DNA of 24,000 nucleotides, from sequence record MW367898.1; one strand, written 5' to 3'. The translations under genes were made by a program, and so were the position numbers. Under the pieces are notes generated by a model. It was given only the letters and a program-made list of their open reading frames with translations. It did no database searches and was not told the origin of the DNA. The stretch is from Proteus phage SJ_PmiM. Positions 16,459 through 24,000 of the stretch are shown here, one piece after another; the first letter of the stretch is position 1, and the number at the start of each line of letters is the position of its first letter.

Positions 16459-16892
16459 TTTCTAAAATATTAAGTGACAATAACATTAATTATCATATCA
16501 TTGGTGGAGCAGCTAGAGATTATTACTACAAAACTCCACCAAGAGATATTGATTATTGGGTTCGTCCATTAGATACGGAAAAATTTCGTGAGTTGATGAT
16601 ATCTAAAGGATATACAGAAAAACCACACGAAGACTTTTCTTTTGTAGATAAATGGATTACATTATTTCAAAGAGATAATAATGATATTTTAGTTGCTAAG
16701 TCTGGGTTAAAAGAAACTCTTGATAGATTTGATGCTAATATCAATCAGTTTGCTATAATAAATCATCAAATCAAATTCTTAGGTGACTACCATCCTGATG
16801 AATATGGCTTAGTTATTTTGGACAAAAATTTGCCGGATCACCGTATAAAATATTTAAAAGATATTTGTGATAAGTTAAAAATATCTTATTAA
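16455..16892 (+). CDS. putative nucleotidyltransferase (Pol-beta-like / CCA-adding head-domain-like)
   Basis: NYHIIGGAARDYYYKTPPRDIDYWV: GG...ARD...RDIDxxV nucleotidyltransferase signature. Confidence 0.65.
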   Translation: MISKILSDNNINYHIIGGAARDYYYKTPPRDIDYWVRPLDTEKFRELMISKGYTEKPHEDFSFVDKWITLFQRDNNDILVAKSGLKETLDRFDANINQFAIINHQIKFLGDYHPDEYGLVILDKNLPDHRIKYLKDICDKLKISY

Positions 16893-16900
16893 TCATACAC

Positions 16901-16926
16901 AAGGAGACTTCGGTCTCCTTTTTTGC
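16901..16926 (+). terminator. Rho-independent terminator AAGGAGAC-TTCG-GTCTCCTTTTTT
   Basis: 8-bp perfect stem, UUCG loop, T-run. Confidence 0.9.
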
Positions 16927-16945
16927 ATTTTATTGAAAATAACTG

Positions 16946-16974
16946 TTTACAAAGCTTTTTAAGTATAGTATTAT
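16946..16974 (+). promoter_or_regulatory. sigma70-type early promoter TTTACA-N17-TATTAT driving motA
   Basis: -35 16946-16951, -10 16969-16974. Confidence 0.85.
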
Positions 16975-17019
16975 CTTATCATCAAAACGAAATAACAAAT
17001 TATTCAAACGGAGTCTATT

Positions 17020-17625
17020 ATGTCTAAATTATCTTATGTTTTAAAAGCTTCTTCAGAATTAAATGAAAAAACAGGTGCAATTCTTCTTGAAGTTGCTAAA
17101 ACAAATTTTATCCAAGCCAAAGATATTCGTGAAGCTCTTCCTGAAATTTCTTCTGCTTCAATTAACTCTAATATCGGTGTTTTAATTAAAAAAGGATTTA
17201 TTGAAAAATCGGGTGAAGGTCTTGTTGCTACAGAACAAGGTATGGATGTTATTCTTAAAGCAGCAGATATTTTTGCAGAAGAAAATCCTTCTAAAATCAA
17301 AACAACCCGTAAACCACGTGGTGTTACTGAAGAAATGAAAGCCATTGCAGATAAAATGAAAGAACTTTTACCATTTGCAATAAAAGGTGTTTTTGAAAAC
17401 AGAAGTAATCTAGAACTTCGTTTAGAAAAACGTGTCAATGGTATTCGCCAATTTGAAGTCAGACATAAAGGTGAAATGCGAGTATTTGGATATAAATTAT
17501 CAGAAGAATTAGTTGAAAAATATAAATCAATTGGTGCTACTGTTAAATTTAAAGGCAACAATTATTATGTGGATATTAAATTAACAGAAGAAAACATGAT
17601 TAAAATCATAGAAGCTTCTAAGTGA
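17020..17625 (+). CDS. motA: MotA middle-mode transcription activator
   Basis: MSKLSYVLKASSELNEKTGAILLEVAKTNFIQAKDIREALPEI..ASINSNIGVLIKKGFIEKSGEGL...EKRVNGIRQFEV...GEMRVFGYKL matches T4 MotA (MSKVTYIIKAS...NSNIGVLIKKGLVEKSGDGL...KRTNGIRNFEINNNGNMRIFGYK). Confidence 0.96.
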   Translation: MSKLSYVLKASSELNEKTGAILLEVAKTNFIQAKDIREALPEISSASINSNIGVLIKKGFIEKSGEGLVATEQGMDVILKAADIFAEENPSKIKTTRKPRGVTEEMKAIADKMKELLPFAIKGVFENRSNLELRLEKRVNGIRQFEVRHKGEMRVFGYKLSEELVEKYKSIGATVKFKGNNYYVDIKLTEENMIKIIEASK

Positions 17626-17632
17626 GGTATAA

Positions 17633-17881
17633 ATGAATTTTTATAGCGCAATGGATAAAGCAAGAAAAGGATTCCAAGTGCAATCGAGACTAACAGGAAA
17701 TATTGTATATACTTTAGATGGATGTAATTTATATTGTAATAGTAAAGTATACTGTTCAGGAATGATGGATATATTATCAGAATGGGATGTTGTAGAACCA
17801 TCTTTAAGTGTTCAAAATTTTAATTATTTATATTTAACACCAAGCAAGGTACAAAATGAACAAATTGGAAACTTTATCTGA
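17633..17881 (+). CDS. hypothetical protein between motA and asiA
   Basis: ORF of 82 aa with SD GTGAGG. Confidence 0.6.
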   Translation: MNFYSAMDKARKGFQVQSRLTGNIVYTLDGCNLYCNSKVYCSGMMDILSEWDVVEPSLSVQNFNYLYLTPSKVQNEQIGNFI

Positions 17882-18128
17882 AATTTTTGCTGTTATCTCA
17901 ATTCTTATCAAATTTGAAAGTGAAGATATAATTGAAGATGAGAACCTTTTCATAGCGTTCATTAACGAATTAGGTATTCGTAATAATGGCAAGTTATTTA
18001 ATAGAAGTAATCTTAAAACTCTTGTCAATTCTTTAACGAGTGAAGAAAAATCACAATTGATTGAAGAATTTAATATTGGTCATAAGTCTACTTATTCATT
18101 AATCGAAATGCACTTAAATAGAGGTTAA
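17856..18128 (+). CDS. asiA: AsiA anti-sigma70 factor
   Basis: 90 aa; VISILIKFESEDIIEDENLFIAFINELGIRNNGKLFNRSNLKTLVNSLTSEEKSQLIEEFNIG...YSLIEMHLNR vs T4 AsiA VASILIKFSREDIVENRANFIAFLNEIGVTHEGRKLNQNSFRKIVSELTQEDKKTLIDEFNEGFEGVYRYLEMYTNK. Confidence 0.92.
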   Translation: MNKLETLSEIFAVISILIKFESEDIIEDENLFIAFINELGIRNNGKLFNRSNLKTLVNSLTSEEKSQLIEEFNIGHKSTYSLIEMHLNRG

Positions 18129-18129
18129 T

Positions 18130-18645
18130 ATGTTTAAACGTAATGACGAATTAAGATTTAAAGTTGGTGATAAAGTTAGACATACAGTAAGTCCAAATTG
18201 TATTGGGCACGTATTAGAAGTAAATAAAGACTCTGATTACCCATATTATATAAAAATTGATTCTGGGCTTGAAATGTGGTTTAGAGCAGATGTTTGGGCC
18301 GAAGCGTTTGAACTTAATGTAGGTGATGAGATCTGTAATAATGGTATTGTAGGAACACTTAAAGAATTTTCAGATGATGCAGAATATCCATTTATTGTGG
18401 AATTAAAAAACGGTGTTTTGGCTAAATTTAAGTCTCATGGGTGGAAACTTGGTGATCTGTTTTCTGTTGGTGATACTGTAAAATTTGTTAAAAATACCAT
18501 TGGTGTAGAATGTGACGTTGATATTGGTGAAGAACTTACTATCCATGAAATTGAGACTAATGATTCTAGATTACAATATGCCTGCGTAGATAAATTCGGC
18601 CATATCTATTGGTTCTCTAAAGATGAATTGGAATTAGTTAAATGA
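18130..18645 (+). CDS. hypothetical protein with repeated small beta-barrel-like segments (KVGDKVRH / NVGDEICN / SVGDTVKF)
   Basis: Three evenly repeated xVGDxV segments in 171 aa. Confidence 0.55.
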   Translation: MFKRNDELRFKVGDKVRHTVSPNCIGHVLEVNKDSDYPYYIKIDSGLEMWFRADVWAEAFELNVGDEICNNGIVGTLKEFSDDAEYPFIVELKNGVLAKFKSHGWKLGDLFSVGDTVKFVKNTIGVECDVDIGEELTIHEIETNDSRLQYACVDKFGHIYWFSKDELELVK

Positions 18646-19019
18646 TTATTGAAAAGGTGTGTATCAAAAAATACGAAAGAAAAACAACCAATTTTATTGA
18701 TAATAACGATAACTTTGTTGGATTTGATGTAGATTCACAGTATTGCTGCGAACATGCTTATTATCAATTCTTCAAAAAAGAAAATGATAGATTTAATAAT
18801 GGGTTTAAAGAAGTCGAATTGTCAGATTTGCCAGAATCAGCAGAATTTATTGGTGTAGCAGATTTTTCTATTGAAGATGATGGGTCAAATTATTTTAACG
18901 GTATTACATTTGAAATCTCTGGTGGGTACTATTTAGAAATTGTTAATATTCATAACGGGTATTATGCTCATGTATTTGAGTATAAAATTAATTTAAACCA
19001 AGAAAAAGGTTCATTATAA
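18642..19019 (+). CDS. hypothetical protein
   Basis: ORF with ATGA overlap to previous gene. Confidence 0.55.
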   Translation: MIIEKVCIKKYERKTTNFIDNNDNFVGFDVDSQYCCEHAYYQFFKKENDRFNNGFKEVELSDLPESAEFIGVADFSIEDDGSNYFNGITFEISGGYYLEIVNIHNGYYAHVFEYKINLNQEKGSL

Positions 19020-19276
19020 TGTTTTCTATTACTATATATAAAAAGAATGGTGTAATTGCAGATAAATTTGCTTCAGGAACAAAAAAGGCCGTTACTGAAG
19101 AAAATTATATTAAATCTATCACAGATTACGTTGATTCTTTATGTCCGTTAGAAGAACGATTAGAAAATGGCGTTGATTCTTTAGAAATTAAATTAGTTAC
19201 AGAACAAGAAGCTATTGATTTTATTAACACCCATACGATTGTTAAACATGCCACAAGTAAACACCATAAGGATTAA
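19019..19276 (+). CDS. hypothetical protein
   Basis: ORF of 85 aa, TAATG overlap. Confidence 0.55.
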   Translation: MFSITIYKKNGVIADKFASGTKKAVTEENYIKSITDYVDSLCPLEERLENGVDSLEIKLVTEQEAIDFINTHTIVKHATSKHHKD

Positions 19277-19278
19277 TT

Positions 19279-19725
19279 ATGTCTATTAAAGTAGGTGATT
19301 TTGTATATATAAGCGATAAATCTAAGTTTTATTCAGGATTATCAAATAATCCAATTAATAGAATAGGAGTAGTCAAAAGGGTTGGATTAACAGTCAGTGT
19401 TGATTGGGGTGATTGTGAAAATAATTACATAGATAAAGATCTTGTTGTTGTCACTTTAGGTAAATCGGTTTTAAAGGATTTATTAGTGGCACCTTTTAAT
19501 CCAGAATTAACATTAGCATCTTTATACCCGGAAAGATTTATCTCGGAATTTGGATGTCCTAAAATCCCTGTCCATAAAGTATGTAAGCATTGTGGAGAGT
19601 TGTTATTAATGGAAGAATATTCAAAATCAAAAAATTCTAAAGATGGGTATTTTCCATATTGTAAATGTTGTGTAGAATCCCTTCAGACACAACATAAACA
19701 AAGATATGATAGTTTATATTCCTAA
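19279..19725 (+). CDS. hypothetical protein with N-terminal SH3/KOW-like segment and C-terminal four-Cys zinc-ribbon motif
   Basis: VGDFVYI...IGVVKRVGLTVSVDWGD and CKHCGELLLMEEYSKSKNSKDGYFPYCKCC. Confidence 0.55.
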   Translation: MSIKVGDFVYISDKSKFYSGLSNNPINRIGVVKRVGLTVSVDWGDCENNYIDKDLVVVTLGKSVLKDLLVAPFNPELTLASLYPERFISEFGCPKIPVHKVCKHCGELLLMEEYSKSKNSKDGYFPYCKCCVESLQTQHKQRYDSLYS

Positions 19726-19727
19726 TT

Positions 19728-20351
19728 TTATTTAGTCCTACCTATGGTCCTGGAAGCCTGTGAACAGATGATGTTAAGTCTATCTTCACCTATAACAGGT
19801 TTTTCAGGCCACATCATAAATATACTCCCAGCATAATTATTATTCAAATTATAATATGGACATGAAAATAACCACTTGTTTTCTATTTTAGTTCTTGTAG
19901 GTAATCTAAAATGTTCTGTGGTGGTATAATAATGCCCATTCATATGATTAATATATTCTTCTGAAGTTTTATCTACAGGCCATCCTCCTAAATTTTTAGA
20001 ATTCAATTCCTCAGGAAGTTTTCCTTCATAAGCAATTAAATCAAAAAAATAATTTAATCCTACTGGTCTAAATTCAGTTATTCCACTGAACTCTGCTTCT
20101 GATGATACATGGACTATTTGTAATTGGTCTATTATAGCCTTTTCAAATTTAAGTTCTCTTTCTTGCTTTTGAACTTGTTGATAAGCCTCGTATCTAGTGT
20201 TTTTATATAATTCCAAAAATTCATTTCTAGCGACATATAAAAAACATCCAATTCCAAGTACTCCTATAGAAAGAAGACGCCAAAGGATTAATTTTCCATC
20301 GGCGTCTTTAAACAGTGTATCAAGCAGGCTTAGAAAAAAGCCTTTATCCAT
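19728..20351 (-). CDS. t: T-type holin (T4 gp t)
   Basis: LDTLFKDADGKLILWR...YEAYQQVQKQERELKFEKAIIDQLQIVHVSSEAEFSGITEFRPVGLNYFFDLIAYEGKLPEELNSKNLGGWPVDKT..EYINHMNGHYY...CPYYNLNNNYAGSI matches T4 holin. Confidence 0.95.
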   Translation of the reverse strand: MDKGFFLSLLDTLFKDADGKLILWRLLSIGVLGIGCFLYVARNEFLELYKNTRYEAYQQVQKQERELKFEKAIIDQLQIVHVSSEAEFSGITEFRPVGLNYFFDLIAYEGKLPEELNSKNLGGWPVDKTSEEYINHMNGHYYTTTEHFRLPTRTKIENKWLFSCPYYNLNNNYAGSIFMMWPEKPVIGEDRLNIICSQASRTIGRTK

Positions 20352-20577
20352 AGTTATTCTCTTAAACTTTAAAAATTACCTACACAAAACCAGTAAAACA
20401 TCAGGGCTTGTAATATACTATTGCAAATACAATTCACTATTTGATGTATCAGTAAACTGTTTATCAATAATAATGCCTTTATTTACTTGATTTAGGGTAT
20501 TTAGCCAATTATTTGTATTAGTTCCTATCTAGTTTACTCAAATACTTATAGTAAACTACGCAATTTAACTTAGCCTA

Positions 20578-22617
20578 CTAATAAGCAATAACAGCTCTTG
20601 AATGTGTCCCCCGTTTACCGTATCTAACTTGACCATTTCCAAAATAAGGTTGCCACCCAGATTCACCAATGTGTCTACCAGAACCAATAGTTGTGGTATT
20701 ATAATACATAAACTTAACTAGTTTACCTTTTAATTCATTTGGATCAAAATAACTAATAGAATAGCCGGGATTCGAATCATGTTGAGATTCACTAGTAGGA
20801 AGAATAGTTCTAGTTGTTGTAAATATTATATCAGTTTTGGCGTCTGATTTCTGAACATATCGTGCATCGCCTTGTGCTTGAGTTAATCTACCATTTACAC
20901 GAGAATCAACTTCTGCTCTAGAATATGTTGATGATTTAGCGTAAACATCATTTTTTAAAGGATACCTTCCGTCAGTCTCGGCTTTTGAATATACAGATAA
21001 ATTTGCTCTAGCAGCACCGGCTTCTTTTGCGCCTGTACCACCACAACCAATAGGTATAAGCCCAGCAGTCATTTGTCCACTAGCATTAAAACCCCATATA
21101 TATCCAGTACCATGTTTATATAATCCAGAATTTGCATTATTATTAGTAAATAGATAATATGTTTTTGAGCCATTCCATACTCGGCTTTCACCTCCTTCAC
21201 TTTGGTACAAATTGGATAGTGCATATCTGGCATCACCTTGTGCTTGAGTTAAACGTCCATTTACTTTGCCATCAATTTCAGATTTATTATATGTTTCTGT
21301 TTTTTTATAAAAATTAGAAGCAACCCATTCTTGGGTAGATACATTGCCTTGGGTTCCACTAGGAAAATAATATGGAGTCCATTTACCATTTGCGTCATAA
21401 TATGATAAAAACGGAGAGCCTGTTGCGTTAAATCCTAGTTTGATTAATTCTGAAGCGCCACGTGTAGCCATTATACCAGGTGCTCTAACAGAATGTGCTG
21501 CTACAGCAACCCCATCAGTTTCAACGTAAAAACTTCTTTGTTTTGTATCATTGTGCCATACAGAAAACATCCCATCATTTACTATAGTTAACCAATGTTT
21601 ACCATCCGCTGATTGAATATAAGTATCTACACCTGTTCTATTAAGAAAGTTATTAATCCAAGTTCTTGTAGCAATAGTTCCTGATTCTGTTGGTAAAACA
21701 TGTCTCATCCAATTACCTGATCCGTCAACAGATTGTGCAAATCTCCATTGTCCATTTGCACCATTATATTCCATAATTAGTTTTTCTGGACCACTAGCCC
21801 TTGAAAGTGTAATTGCTTCTCTAAAAGCGACATTACTTGAATCTCTATAATAGTATTTGCTATCTGTCCAGCCTTGTGTAGCTAACAGCCCATTTTCTTT
21901 TGGTATTTTTATAACAAATTTACTAGAATTGTCAGAATCTCTATAAGCAAATGTTAATAAAGTCTTACTAGAATCTTTGTCAGTTTCTATTCTAACTTTA
22001 AAAGTATCATTTTTTTGGAGTGTAATACCAGGGTAATCATGTTGACCGGATAGTATTAATGAATTTCTCATATACCCGCCTTTAATATCTACAGCGAATA
22101 TATCAGTAGTCCCATCTTTAAATGATAATAATTTTGAGTTATTTATAGTAAGAACTGTTGTATTATCTGGAGCTTTTAAATCTGTTTGAATAGTGTCACT
22201 TTTAACAAAAGTATTGACCCATTGACGGGTTGCTATAGTTTTAGTCCCATCTTCGTCTAATGGAACAAGTATAGTTTTCCATTTATTGTCACCTTCATTA
22301 ACAGACAATAAAGCGCCACGATCTCCTTCATAAGAAAGCCTAAATATTTTGTTGTCATTTAAGCTATTTTTTATATCAATGTGTGTTTTAACAGATGTTG
22401 ATCCATTGGTTGTAAAATTTCCAGTTTCTTGATTAATATCTCCATTAACTGTGCCGCCTTTAGCAAAGCCAAGATCAATAATATCATCTCCGGATTTTGT
22501 AAAAAGAGTTCTATCAGCTAAGTTAATTGCTAATTCACCTTCAGCTAAAATATCTTTTGAAGGCTTTGTTCCTGGTGTTTTAGTTCTTTTAAATTGTATT
22601 CTTGGAATTTTTGCCAT
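20578..22617 (-). CDS. 37: large distal tail fiber subunit gp37 (679 aa)
   Basis: N-term [61 protein letters not shown] as in T4 gp37; internal [10 protein letters not shown]-type repeats. Confidence 0.92.
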   Translation of the reverse strand: MAKIPRIQFKRTKTPGTKPSKDILAEGELAINLADRTLFTKSGDDIIDLGFAKGGTVNGDINQETGNFTTNGSTSVKTHIDIKNSLNDNKIFRLSYEGDRGALLSVNEGDNKWKTILVPLDEDGTKTIATRQWVNTFVKSDTIQTDLKAPDNTTVLTINNSKLLSFKDGTTDIFAVDIKGGYMRNSLILSGQHDYPGITLQKNDTFKVRIETDKDSSKTLLTFAYRDSDNSSKFVIKIPKENGLLATQGWTDSKYYYRDSSNVAFREAITLSRASGPEKLIMEYNGANGQWRFAQSVDGSGNWMRHVLPTESGTIATRTWINNFLNRTGVDTYIQSADGKHWLTIVNDGMFSVWHNDTKQRSFYVETDGVAVAAHSVRAPGIMATRGASELIKLGFNATGSPFLSYYDANGKWTPYYFPSGTQGNVSTQEWVASNFYKKTETYNKSEIDGKVNGRLTQAQGDARYALSNLYQSEGGESRVWNGSKTYYLFTNNNANSGLYKHGTGYIWGFNASGQMTAGLIPIGCGGTGAKEAGAARANLSVYSKAETDGRYPLKNDVYAKSSTYSRAEVDSRVNGRLTQAQGDARYVQKSDAKTDIIFTTTRTILPTSESQHDSNPGYSISYFDPNELKGKLVKFMYYNTTTIGSGRHIGESGWQPYFGNGQVRYGKRGTHSRAVIAY

Positions 22618-23081
22618 TAGAATTCTCCAAAATCTATAATATCTCCAACAAGAACCACTTGGTCATATCTAACTGCATGATTAGGTTGAGTTGATATTGT
22701 GTCTAAAACCAATCTATCTGTTTTCATTGATTGAACTTGAAGTAATTCTGGATTATCAGGATTAAGAACTAGTAATGATTTTTCTAAGTTTTTAATTTCT
22801 AATTGTTTAAGAATTATTTCAGTCCCAGCTATAGAATGGTCTTTAATAATTAAAGGGTCTTGTTTCCCTACCTGTAATTCTTTAAAAATTACTCTTTCTT
22901 TAAATTCTCCACCTTTAGATGCCGAAACAGAATCAACTTCTTCTGCTGTAGGCTTATCATGTTCGGTATAGACTTTATGCTTATTAAAATATAAGGAATT
23001 TCCTACTGGAATTAATGGAAAATTACCTTGTGTAAGGATTAATTCTCCTCCAGCAGTACTTCCTCTTTTAAGATCTGCCAT
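22617..23081 (-). CDS. 36: small distal tail fiber subunit gp36
   Basis: [60 protein letters not shown] as in T4 gp36 N-terminus; sits between 37 and 35. Confidence 0.9.
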   Translation of the reverse strand: MADLKRGSTAGGELILTQGNFPLIPVGNSLYFNKHKVYTEHDKPTAEEVDSVSASKGGEFKERVIFKELQVGKQDPLIIKDHSIAGTEIILKQLEIKNLEKSLLVLNPDNPELLQVQSMKTDRLVLDTISTQPNHAVRYDQVVLVGDIIDFGEF

Positions 23082-23101
23082 ATAATCTCCTTTCTTTATA
23101 C

Positions 23102-23109
23102 TATTTATA
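23102..23109 (-). promoter_or_regulatory. T4-type late promoter TATAAATA upstream of gene 36
   Basis: Plus-strand TATTTATA 23102-23109, about 20 nt upstream of the gene 36 ATG with SD AAAGGAG between. Confidence 0.75.
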
Positions 23110-23126
23110 AAAGAGCATTTTCTAAA

Positions 23127-23150
23127 GAAAACTGGGAGCTTTGCTCCCAG
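23127..23150 (-). terminator. terminator downstream of gene 35: CTGGGAGC-AAA-GCTCCCAG-TTTTC (minus strand)
   Basis: 8-bp perfect stem 23132-23139/23143-23150 followed on the minus strand by TTTTC. Confidence 0.8.
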
Positions 23151-23184
23151 AATTTATTATTTTTATTAAGTTCTTTATATATTA

Positions 23185-23275
23185 TATATAACTATTAAGT
23201 AATAAATTAGTAATTCTAGTAAATTAATTTATTAAAAGTCTAGTATATTCTATATAACTATTAAGTAATAAATTA
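23185..23275. repeat. 25-nt perfect direct repeat TATATAACTATTAAGTAATAAATTA (23185-23209 and 23251-23275)
   Basis: Identical copies, 66-nt period, in the 35-36 spacer. Confidence 0.9.
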
Positions 23276-23289
23276 ATAACTATATGTTA

Positions 23290-24000
23290 CTATATTTCTT
23301 TAAAGTTTATAGAAGAAACTGTGTCGGATTTGTCTTTAAGATTTAACAAACTTAATAACGATCCAACTTTTTGTTCTTCCTCTTTTATAAAATTATTTCT
23401 AATCCCATTTATTCCTATCTGTCTATCACTTTCTTCAATTATAGGTTCTGCTGATTTACCAAATGCAACGTTTTTTACAGCAGAATGCCCTAACTCAGAA
23501 TTATATCTAGAAGCTATAATAACAAAGCCATCTACTCCATCCGGTATTTGAGTATATACGGTTTTAGATTCCCAAATATCTGGATTTACCATAGTTTGAA
23601 CTGGATAACTGCCTTTTAATGTACTTTCAAGATAAAACGATTGTTTCCATGTATTGCCAAGAACCCATCTACAATCTATTCTTGTCCATCCACCTTCGTC
23701 TTTAAGCTCTTTATCACCAAATATAGATGCACTTAAAGAAACCCAATCACCAGGTTTAAGACCATAATCAGATAATTTATTATTCAACAAATTAGTAGGC
23801 CATTTTTTATAGTCCTTTTCAACTGATGTATATTCTTTATGATCATAAACTATAGAACCCGGAAATCCAGTTATCCCTAAAGAATACTCAGAATCAAAAA
23901 TAGTTTCTAATTCTAAAACATTATCTTCTTTTATACCATCTGAATACTGAATAGATTCCAGTACTATTTGCTTTATATCTGTTCTATATACACACGCATA
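23290..24000 (-). CDS. 35: long tail fiber hinge connector gp35, C-terminal part; open to the window edge
   Basis: Frame is open from 24000; KLSDYGLKPGDWV, GVDGFVIIASR, IGINGIRNNFI and C-terminal FKEI resemble T4 gp35 (KLSDYNLIPGD, FGVNGIRVNYI, FREV). Confidence 0.85.
   Translation of the reverse strand, partial: YACVYRTDIKQIVLESIQYSDGIKEDNVLELETIFDSEYSLGITGFPGSIVYDHKEYTSVEKDYKKWPTNLLNNKLSDYGLKPGDWVSLSASIFGDKELKDEGGWTRIDCRWVLGNTWKQSFYLESTLKGSYPVQTMVNPDIWESKTVYTQIPDGVDGFVIIASRYNSELGHSAVKNVAFGKSAEPIIEESDRQIGINGIRNNFIKEEEQKVGSLLSLLNLKDKSDTVSSINFKEI

Noticed and set aside
17034-17561. 175-aa minus-strand ORF
   Set aside because: Fully antisense to motA; no start signals or recognizable product
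20197-20490. Plus-strand ORF antisense to the holin start
   Set aside because: Mostly opposite t; no promoter or SD support
20530-20558. 8-bp inverted repeat TAGTTTAC/GTAAACTA as gene 37 terminator
   Set aside because: AT-rich stem with a 13-nt loop and no U-tract on the minus strand; too weak to call
22451-22639. Plus-strand ORF over the gene 36/37 junction
   Set aside because: Antisense to the conserved gp37 N-terminus
1-24000. CRISPR arrays, rRNA or tRNA genes
   Set aside because: No regularly spaced repeat array and no tRNA/rRNA-like sequence noticed by eye; a tRNAscan or covariance search was not possible here

Overview
This 24 kb AT-rich window comes from a Tevenvirinae-like (T4-related) myovirus. 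It keeps the T4 gene order in reverse: 56 (dCTPase), dda, dexA, 39 (topo II large subunit N-part), an HNH homing endonuclease, 60 (topo II large subunit C-part), rIIA, rIIB, a denB-position nuclease candidate, ndd, 52, motA and asiA on the + strand, then t (holin), 37, 36 and 35 on the - strand. The standout is at 9073-9609. Gene 60 is interrupted after codon 46 (...IAIMTDADVDG) by TAG plus a 51-nt gap with a UUCG-capped hairpin, an internal GAG and a landing GGA, followed by ...QGSIYPSLLAFF. This is a diverged relative of the T4 gene 60 translational bypass (hop) element. It differs from T4 in a GGG takeoff codon that covaries with the hairpin, and in a gap of 51 rather than 50 nt, which leaves both exons in the same frame. 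The adjacent HNH ORF occupies the T4 mobA position, so the whole mobA/bypass cassette appears to be present. Other points of interest are a 13-bp hairpin that sequesters the Shine-Dalgarno of a second HNH-like gene with a promoter straddling the upstream arm, a uniform family of TTTACA-N16/17-TAtaaT early promoters (two sharing a 13-nt initially transcribed sequence), a three-gene tandem run of possibly related small ORFs, a MazG-like fusion, a nucleotidyltransferase-like gene next to motA, the absence of gene 38 between 37 and t, and a repeat-bearing AT-rich spacer between 36 and 35. All homologies and T4 sequence comparisons are from memory, and no searches were run.
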